Of a stretch of 64,000 nucleotides of DNA, positions 57,720-64,000 are shown in pieces. The position numbers were made by a program, and so were the translations under genes. This DNA comes from Ilumatobacter sp. (GTDB taxonomy: Bacteria > Actinomycetota > Acidimicrobiia > Acidimicrobiales > Ilumatobacteraceae), in assembly GCA_013002175.1 (NCBI GenBank), contig JABDKP010000038.1:1099-65098 (forward strand), given 5' to 3'. The notes under the pieces are model-generated. The model did no database searches, was not told where the DNA came from, and saw nothing but the letters and a program-made list of their open reading frames with translations. Positions within the stretch are counted from its first letter, which is position 1. Every line of letters starts with the position of its first letter.

Positions 57720-58724
57720 GTGCCATTCGTGCTCGCCCCGCCATCCGATCTCGCCGATGCCTGTGGGGACGACCCCGGCTTCCTGTGCGAGCGCGTCTTC
57801 GACGCCTCAGGGGGCAACGAGGCGCTCGCCGCGTCGGCCGACTGGTTCATCGATCGCCCGCTGACGGTCCTCCTCATCATCGTCGTCGCATGGATTGTCA
57901 CGCGGCTCGCGAGGCGGTACGTGCGGCGCGTCGTCCGCCACCTCGTGGCACCCGACCGTGCCGCGACGGCGGCCCGGCTCCAGCGGGTCGGCATCGACGA
58001 CCCGTCGCTGCTGCTCAGCGACGAGATCGACCCGCGCCGTGAGTCGCGGGCGAGTTCGATCTCCGCGGTCGTCGGCAGCACGATCACCGTCCTGATCTGG
58101 GTGATCGCCCTGATCATGGTCGTCGGCGAACTGGGGATCGAGCTGGGGCCGCTGGTCGCCGGCGCGGGGATCGCCGGCGTGGCACTGGGATTCGGTGCGC
58201 AGAGCCTGGTGAAGGACTGCATCGCCGGTCTCTTCATGTTGATCGAAGACCAGTACGGCATCGGCGACGTCGTCGATCTCGGTGAGGCGACCGGGGTGGT
58301 CGAGGAGGTCACGTTGCGGACCACGGTGCTGCGCGGCGTCGACGGCACCGTCTGGCACGTCCCGAACGGCGAAGTGCAGCGCGTCGGCAACAAGTCGCAA
58401 CTGTGGTCGGTCGCGGTGCTCGACGTCGATGTGGCCTACGACAGCGATCTCGCCCGGGCGCGGGCCGTGATGCTCGAGACCGCGCAGGAGGTCTGCGCCT
58501 CCGAGACATGGCGCGAGAGCGTGCTCGACGACCCCGTCGTGCTGGGCGTCGAGGCCCTCGCCGCCGACGGCATCACGATGCGGTTGACCGTCAAGACGAC
58601 GCCGGGTGCCCAGTGGGGCCTGCAACGGGCGCTGCGCGAAGCCCTCAAACAGGCGATGGATCGGGTCGGAATCGAGATCCCGTTCCCCCAACGAACCGTG
58701 TGGATGCGCAGCGAGACCGAGTGA
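57720..58724 (+). CDS. Small-conductance mechanosensitive channel (MscS family)
   Basis: GVALGFGAQSLVKD, EDQYGIGD, VPNGE, IPFPQR; TACGTT 6 nt before GTG. Confidence 0.92.
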   Translation: MPFVLAPPSDLADACGDDPGFLCERVFDASGGNEALAASADWFIDRPLTVLLIIVVAWIVTRLARRYVRRVVRHLVAPDRAATAARLQRVGIDDPSLLLSDEIDPRRESRASSISAVVGSTITVLIWVIALIMVVGELGIELGPLVAGAGIAGVALGFGAQSLVKDCIAGLFMLIEDQYGIGDVVDLGEATGVVEEVTLRTTVLRGVDGTVWHVPNGEVQRVGNKSQLWSVAVLDVDVAYDSDLARARAVMLETAQEVCASETWRESVLDDPVVLGVEALAADGITMRLTVKTTPGAQWGLQRALREALKQAMDRVGIEIPFPQRTVWMRSETE

Positions 58725-58797
58725 CCGAACATTTCAAGGCATCGTCAATTTCTTGAAAGTCTGACCCCTGGGGCGTGTCCGGTGGCACAATGACCGG

Positions 58798-60279
58798 ATG
58801 CTGATCGGGTTGTTGGGCCTCGGATGGGACGTGCTGGCACCGGCCCACGACGGCGGCCCGCTGGTCACCTCGATCATTCTGCTCGTCGCAGCGGCTGCGA
58901 TCCTGAAGTGGGCCGAGCATCGCGTCGCACCCGAGCGGCCCGAGCCGAGCGACACTCCGCCGATCCTCCGCAAGGAGAGCCCTGCGGTCGTCAACGTGCT
59001 GTGCAACGACGCCACGCTGACCGCAGCCGGGTTCCGCGCCACCATGATCGATCTCGCCGCCCGGGGGTGGCTGCGGCTGTTGCCTCCCGGTGACGACGAC
59101 GACGAACTGGGCCGGGTGCGCCCGGCGGCGACCGCCTACGAGGGCGATGCCCTGCTGCCCCACGAGCGCCTGGTGCTGCAACACGTGATGGCCCGGTTCA
59201 CCACCGACCAGGCGATCCCGGCCCGCTTTCTCGCCGTCGACGTCAAGGGCTCGTGGTGGCGCCGCTTCCGGACACTGGTCGTCGACGATGCCCATCGGGC
59301 CGGGCTCGTGCGTCGGCGCTGGTCGCTGATCGAACTCGCCGCCCCCACGGCGCTCACCGTGCTCTCGGCCGCGTTCTGGTGGCGCGGGCGCCAGTCGGGC
59401 AACGTCGAGATCGCCGTGATCGACTCGATCGAGCGTCGACTCTGGGCAATCGCCGCGCTGGTCGGCCTGATCGCCATCGCCTACCGGATCATCCGCCACG
59501 TCGTCGACCGCACCCTCACGCACACGTCGGCCGGCCTCGCCGCGACCTCGCAGTGGCTCGCCGTCCGGTCCCGCCTGACCGAGGCCGGGTTCGGGCCGAT
59601 GGCGCCGAGCTCGATCGAGATCGGCGACCGCCGCCTCGCGTACGCGACGGCGATGTGCATGGCGGAGGGGGCAGCGGTGGAACTGCCGCTGGCCCGCGAA
59701 GACCACTACCGCGCCTGGAGCAGCGTCGGCCGGCGGGCGCGGCTCGTGCGCGTCAAGTACCCGACGAGGCTCGGCTACGGACTGCATCCGCTCGTGGCGC
59801 TCGGGGGTGGCGTCGTCGTGGCGTTCATCGGCATCAGGCTCCGGCGTTTGTTCAGCAACACTGCCCGCGGGGAGGCGCTCGGGTCGCTGTACGACCGGTT
59901 CCCCGATCAGGACTGGCTGATCGCGGACGTCGCGACGGGGTTGACCGTGCTGTCGTTCATCCCGATCCTGGCCGGTGCGTTCGTGGCGCTCGCCGGCGCG
60001 GCCGACGTGTTCAGCACCGTCGAACGCACGGGTGTGGTCCTGCGCGCCCGGCGCCCTGCCGAGGTCGCCCCGCTGCCACGGTTCATCCGCAAGCGGCTGG
60101 AACGTGATCGGTACAGCCTGTTCGTCGCCGTCGACGACGGGTCGTCCGGCACGGTGGTGGCATGGCGCGCGGGCGAACGCAACGCGATCCCGCAGGGTGC
60201 GAACGCGATCGTTCGGGCGACGCCGGTGCTGGGTTACGTCCGCAAGGCGATGCCCGTCGGGCACGTACTCGTGGAATAG
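58798..60279 (+). CDS. Membrane protein, DUF2207-like
   Basis: ESPAVV...ATMIDLAARGWL, LAYATA, several TM segments. Confidence 0.6.
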   Translation: MLIGLLGLGWDVLAPAHDGGPLVTSIILLVAAAAILKWAEHRVAPERPEPSDTPPILRKESPAVVNVLCNDATLTAAGFRATMIDLAARGWLRLLPPGDDDDELGRVRPAATAYEGDALLPHERLVLQHVMARFTTDQAIPARFLAVDVKGSWWRRFRTLVVDDAHRAGLVRRRWSLIELAAPTALTVLSAAFWWRGRQSGNVEIAVIDSIERRLWAIAALVGLIAIAYRIIRHVVDRTLTHTSAGLAATSQWLAVRSRLTEAGFGPMAPSSIEIGDRRLAYATAMCMAEGAAVELPLAREDHYRAWSSVGRRARLVRVKYPTRLGYGLHPLVALGGGVVVAFIGIRLRRLFSNTARGEALGSLYDRFPDQDWLIADVATGLTVLSFIPILAGAFVALAGAADVFSTVERTGVVLRARRPAEVAPLPRFIRKRLERDRYSLFVAVDDGSSGTVVAWRAGERNAIPQGANAIVRATPVLGYVRKAMPVGHVLVE

Positions 60280-60282
60280 GCC

Positions 60283-61152
60283 TCAGCGGGCGCGGTCGGC
60301 GTTGCGGCGGATCGCCTCGACGATCTCGACGCGCCGGGGCGCCGGCAGGTCGTGGCCCATGTCGGGGAACATCAGCAGGCGCGCATTGGGGATGGCCGCG
60401 GCCGTCGCGATCCCCCCGCTCGGCTTGACGAGCGGGTCGACCAACCCGTGGATCACCAGCGTGGGCACGTCGAGCCGGGCCAACGCCGGGGTGCGATCGG
60501 GGCTGGCCATGATCGCAGCGGTCTGGCGGGCGACGCCGGCCGTGCGGAACGAGCGCTCGACGCCGATCTTCGCCCGCCGACGGTGCTCTTCCTCGTCGAA
60601 GTGGGGGCCGGCGAACAGCGTGAAGTTCTGCACCGACTGCTCGACCGCCGTCTCGCGGGTCGGCACCGGCATCCGGGCGAGCTTCGTCATCAACTTCGCC
60701 GCGATTCGACCGTTCTTGCGGTCACCGGTATTCGACATGATCGAGGTCAGTGAGCGCACCCGGGCGGTGTGCTCGATCGCCATCGTCTGGGCGATCATCC
60801 CACCCATCGACATGCCGACGACGTGGGCCGCCTCGATGTCCAAGACGTCCAGCAGGCCGGCCGCGTCTGCGGCCATGTCGGCGAGGAGGTACCCGGCCTT
60901 CGGGGGCCGGCGGACGAGCATGCCGGCCACCGACCTCACCTGCGAAGGTGCCTCCCAGTCGAACTCGGTCGACAGGCCGAGGTCACGGTTGTCGTAGGTG
61001 ATGACCTGAAACCCCTGCTCGGCGAGCATCTCGGGGAACCCGTCCGGCCAATCGGTGAGCTGGCCACCGAGCCCCATCACGAGCAGCAGGGGGTCACCCT
61101 CGCCGATCGTCTCGTACTCGACCGTGATCCCGTTCGCCTGCGCCTGTGCCAT
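60283..61152 (-). CDS. Alpha/beta-fold hydrolase
   Basis: MGLGGQ, DNRDLGLS, GMSMGG, MGHDLP. Confidence 0.9.
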   Translation of the reverse strand: MAQAQANGITVEYETIGEGDPLLLVMGLGGQLTDWPDGFPEMLAEQGFQVITYDNRDLGLSTEFDWEAPSQVRSVAGMLVRRPPKAGYLLADMAADAAGLLDVLDIEAAHVVGMSMGGMIAQTMAIEHTARVRSLTSIMSNTGDRKNGRIAAKLMTKLARMPVPTRETAVEQSVQNFTLFAGPHFDEEEHRRRAKIGVERSFRTAGVARQTAAIMASPDRTPALARLDVPTLVIHGLVDPLVKPSGGIATAAAIPNARLLMFPDMGHDLPAPRRVEIVEAIRRNADRAR

Positions 61153-61208
61153 GGCCCCGGAGCGTAGCGGCGCGCACCGCCCACCACCCGAGCGCACCTG
61201 GCGGCAAC

Positions 61209-61237
61209 GTCAAAGTTGTGCCAGGCACAACTTTGAC
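61209..61237. repeat. 29-bp perfect palindrome (copy 3, central A)
   Basis: GTCAAAGTTGTGCC-A-GGCACAACTTTGAC. Confidence 0.95.
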
Positions 61238-61251
61238 GCAACCCACGACCC

Positions 61252-61403
61252 GGGGGAGTCGCAGCAGCCGATCGTCGCGGGCGATGACACCCCCTCACGT
61301 CTCGGACAGGAGTCCGAGACTGCGGACGCAGTCCGCACAACGAGCGGACCGGCGACAGCCGGTCAGGCGGCGCAGCCGCCCTCTGACGCCGGAGGCGTCA
61401 GAG
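61252..61403 (+). repeat. Tandem array of short hairpins with GNA/GNNA-type loops
   Basis: Five perfect stems at 61299-61320, 61321-61337, 61347-61364, 61366-61380, 61381-61403 plus an imperfect stem 61252-61294. Confidence 0.85.
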
Positions 61404-62648
61404 CGCTCGCCAGAAGCCGGCCTTGAGGTAGGCGCCCTCCGGGAAGCTGACCGGGTGGTCGATGTCGTGGCCGGTGCGGGCGATCTGGCGCAGCTCGCGC
61501 CCGGCGGCGTCGGCAGCGTCGAGGACCGTCGCGAAGAACAGGTCGGCCGGGACACGGCTGGAGCACGACGCCTGCATCAGGATGCCGCCGGGACGGATGA
61601 GCCGCAGCGCGAGGTGCGTCAGCCGGGTGTACGCCCGCACGGCGACGTCGACGCTCGACTGGCGCTGGGCGAACGACGGCGGGTCGACGACGACGATGTC
61701 GTACGACGCGCCCGACCTGGCGAGCGACACCATCACGTCGAACGCGTCGCCGACCTCGGTCGTGTGCATGCAGCTGGCGACCTCGGGGCGGTCGGCGTTG
61801 AGCGCCATGTTGCGCGCGGCGACCTCCAGCGTCGGTGCGGAGACGTCGACGCTGTGGACGCTGGTCGCGCCGCCGGCCGCGGCGTGCACGCTGAAGCCGC
61901 CGGTCGCGGCGAAGACGTCGAGCACGTCTCGTCCCGCGGCGAGACGACCGATGCGCCGACGGTTCGCCCGCTGGTCGAGGAAGTGCCCGGTCTTCTGCCC
62001 GCCACGGACGTCGGCTTCGAACGTCAGGCCGCCCTCGGTGAACAGCACCGGGCCGTCCGGGATCGAGCCGGCGATCACGTCACCGTCGTCCAAACCGAAC
62101 GTCTCGCCCGCGGCGACCGTCCGCGCCATCCGCAGCACGACCGACCGCGCCGCCGTGACCTCGGCGAGCGCGCCGACGAGATCTGCGAGGTGGGCGAACC
62201 ACACCGGTGAGTAGAGCTTGACGACGAGCGTGTCGTCGTACCGGTCAACGACGCAGCCCGGCAGTTCGTCGTTCTCGCCGTTGATCAGCCGGTAGGCGGG
62301 TCGGTCACCGGGTTCTGCGTCGATCAGCGGTCGGCGGATCGTTGCAGCATGCTCGATCTTCGCCGCCCAGAAGCCCCGGTCGACGGTCGCCGGCTTGCCG
62401 GCGTGGAGGATTCGCACCGCGATCGGCGACTCGGGGTCGTACAGGCCGATCGCGGCGAACGTGCGGTCACCGTCGAAGATGACGGCGAGGTCGCCGACGG
62501 AACCGTCGTGGCTCGTCGACACGATCGAGTCGCGAAAGACCCACGGATGCCCGGCTCGCACGTGGCGCAGCGCATCCGCGGTGACGCGGACGGCGATGCG
62601 GCGCTCGCCGACGGACGGGAGCGCGTCGGAGACGTGGACGTCCAGCAC
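61398..62648 (-). CDS. RlmI-like class I SAM-dependent (rRNA) methyltransferase with PUA domain
   Basis: GHPWVF, GQKTGHFLDQR, VLDVFAATGGFS, DPPSF, SCS, FPEGAYLK. Confidence 0.88.
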   Translation of the reverse strand: MLDVHVSDALPSVGERRIAVRVTADALRHVRAGHPWVFRDSIVSTSHDGSVGDLAVIFDGDRTFAAIGLYDPESPIAVRILHAGKPATVDRGFWAAKIEHAATIRRPLIDAEPGDRPAYRLINGENDELPGCVVDRYDDTLVVKLYSPVWFAHLADLVGALAEVTAARSVVLRMARTVAAGETFGLDDGDVIAGSIPDGPVLFTEGGLTFEADVRGGQKTGHFLDQRANRRRIGRLAAGRDVLDVFAATGGFSVHAAAGGATSVHSVDVSAPTLEVAARNMALNADRPEVASCMHTTEVGDAFDVMVSLARSGASYDIVVVDPPSFAQRQSSVDVAVRAYTRLTHLALRLIRPGGILMQASCSSRVPADLFFATVLDAADAAGRELRQIARTGHDIDHPVSFPEGAYLKAGFWRAL

Positions 62649-62687
62649 GCCGTGAGCGTAGAGCGGCGCGGCGCCGTTGGCTCGGAG

Positions 62688-63809
62688 TCAGCCGTCCGCG
62701 GCCTCCTTCGGCAACACCACGATGCCGACGTCGGCGGCGACATTGCCGTCGTGGACGTCGGCCCATGCGGACTGCATGCCCGCGGCGCCGACGCGGTGCT
62801 CGACGGTCAGCCAGCTGCGGCTGCCGTCGACGAACGCGGTCAGCGCCTCGGCGGTGCGGCGCTGGTAATCGTCGCGGCCCCACTCCTGTTGACGCCGGCC
62901 CACCTCGGTCGGCGCGAAGAACAGCTGCGGCTGCGGCCCGGGAAGCGGCTCGCCGCCGGTGGGCGGCGGAGCATCGTGGTGGCTGCGCCCGACCGTCATC
63001 GAGTACTGCAGCCGGTCGCCGAGCCGGCGGTGGACGGCGCCGAGCACCGTCGGGTTGCCTGCCATGTCGATCGAGACGGCATCGAGGTCGGCGTCGAGCT
63101 CGTCGACTTCGTCGTAGGTCACGACCGTGTCGTAGTACCCGAGGCCCCGGACGAAGTCGGCGTTGGTCGCCGACGTGACGCCGACGACCTGCGCCACGCC
63201 GCGTTGCGCCGCGCGCTGGGCGAAGCCGATCGCGGTCTTCGACGACGCGGACAGCACGATCACCTGTCCCGCTCCGAAATACGGCGCGGCCGCTCCCCCA
63301 CCGTCGGCGAAGAACTCCTCGGCCAGGTACCCGGTGAGGAACAGCCCGCGCAGCAGGACGTGGCGGTCCTCGCCGTCGGGCGCGTCGTCGTACAGTCCGT
63401 CGCGCGTCGTGTCGACGTAGGCCCGGTACACGGGGGCGTGGGGCTGGCGGTGCGCTCCGTCGTCGCGGAAGCCGTCCGTGGTGGCGGTGGCGGTGATCAC
63501 CGTGGACGTCGCCATCGGGTACCACCCGTAGAAGCGGGCACCGACCGCGATCTCGTCGTTGGCCGACTCGGTCACTTCGGCCCACCCCATCGCCGGCACA
63601 CGTCCCCACGGCAGCTCAGTCGGGAAGAACTCCCAGTACGCGAGCATGTCCCCGAACACCGCGTAGGTGATGTTGTTGGCGGTGACCGCGTACCGGTCGA
63701 TCCGCAGCCTGACCTGCCCGGCATCGAGGTCGTCCGGCCCCGCCTGGGTCAGCTGGGTGTCGGCGATCGACGTTCGCTGCACTTCGAGCACGGACGATGG
63801 TTCGCTCAT
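62688..63809 (-). CDS. DUF2855 family protein
   Basis: TANNITYA...YWEFFP...VPAMGWA, SASSKTA, FFAP. Confidence 0.85.
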   Translation of the reverse strand: MSEPSSVLEVQRTSIADTQLTQAGPDDLDAGQVRLRIDRYAVTANNITYAVFGDMLAYWEFFPTELPWGRVPAMGWAEVTESANDEIAVGARFYGWYPMATSTVITATATTDGFRDDGAHRQPHAPVYRAYVDTTRDGLYDDAPDGEDRHVLLRGLFLTGYLAEEFFADGGGAAAPYFGAGQVIVLSASSKTAIGFAQRAAQRGVAQVVGVTSATNADFVRGLGYYDTVVTYDEVDELDADLDAVSIDMAGNPTVLGAVHRRLGDRLQYSMTVGRSHHDAPPPTGGEPLPGPQPQLFFAPTEVGRRQQEWGRDDYQRRTAEALTAFVDGSRSWLTVEHRVGAAGMQSAWADVHDGNVAADVGIVVLPKEAADG

Positions 63810-63867
63810 CGTCCCAGCATGGTCGTTCGGTTGCTGCCGGACGCGATCGAGCGACTACACACGGGCC

Positions 63868-64000
63868 ATGACCGCACCCGAGTCCTATCGCTCCGCCGCC
63901 CCCACGACGCTGGACGTCAGCAGCCTGTTCGGGCTGTCCGGCAAGGTTGCCGTCGTCACCGGCGGCTCGCGCGGCATCGGCTACATGATCGCGGCCGGGC
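63868..64000 (+). CDS. SDR family oxidoreductase (3'-truncated by window edge)
   Basis: LFGLSGKVAVVTGGSRGIG. Confidence 0.85.
   Translation, partial: MTAPESYRSAAPTTLDVSSLFGLSGKVAVVTGGSRGIGYMIAAG

Noticed and set aside
54551-58042. 1163-aa + strand ORF and other long ORFs such as 29462-32170(-), 25901-28288(-), 43672-45774(+), 33057-35141(+)
   Set aside because: Antisense or alternate-frame shadows of well-supported genes; stop codons are scarce at this GC and the translations have no motifs.
639-61237. 29-bp repeat as a CRISPR repeat
   Set aside because: Copies are kilobases apart with no spacer array and no cas genes.

Overview
High-GC actinobacterial chromosomal segment. Gene content and style suggest Acidimicrobiia/Ilumatobacter-like; this is inference, not a database result. 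It holds about 55 densely packed CDS, many apparently leaderless. I saw no rRNA, tRNA, CRISPR array, transposase or integrase. Blocks, in order: (1) AtuA-like/biotin-carboxylase catabolic cluster with TetR; (2) phenylacetyl-CoA epoxidase-like cluster in the unusual order paaA-D-B-C-G, with MarR and PaaI; (3) epoxide hydrolase, MFS, divergent murF/ddl and a KhtTU-like antiporter; (4) a translationally coupled cytoplasmic thermolysin-like metallopeptidase plus an insertion-bearing ComEC-type MBL hydrolase, a candidate protease-activated nuclease/defence pair; (5) a TetR-controlled four-gene lipid operon (fatty acyl-CoA reductase-HAD fusion, Zn-dehydrogenase, LarA-like protein, acyltransferase) resembling a re-shuffled myxobacterial ether-lipid (elb) pathway; (6) a ~20 kb surface-glycan locus with sulfotransferase, kinase, UDP-GlcA/UDP-Xyl enzymes, a degenerate Wzc-like pseudokinase, a Wzx-Wzy-like fusion and two large secreted proteins; (7) housekeeping/catabolic genes. 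Non-coding features include a perfect 29-bp palindrome in three copies plus a covarying copy inside a CDS, a second ~58-bp hairpin repeat in two copies, a run of back-to-back hairpins with GNA loops at 61.25-61.40 kb, and several operator-like inverted and direct repeats. All product calls come from motif recognition by eye.
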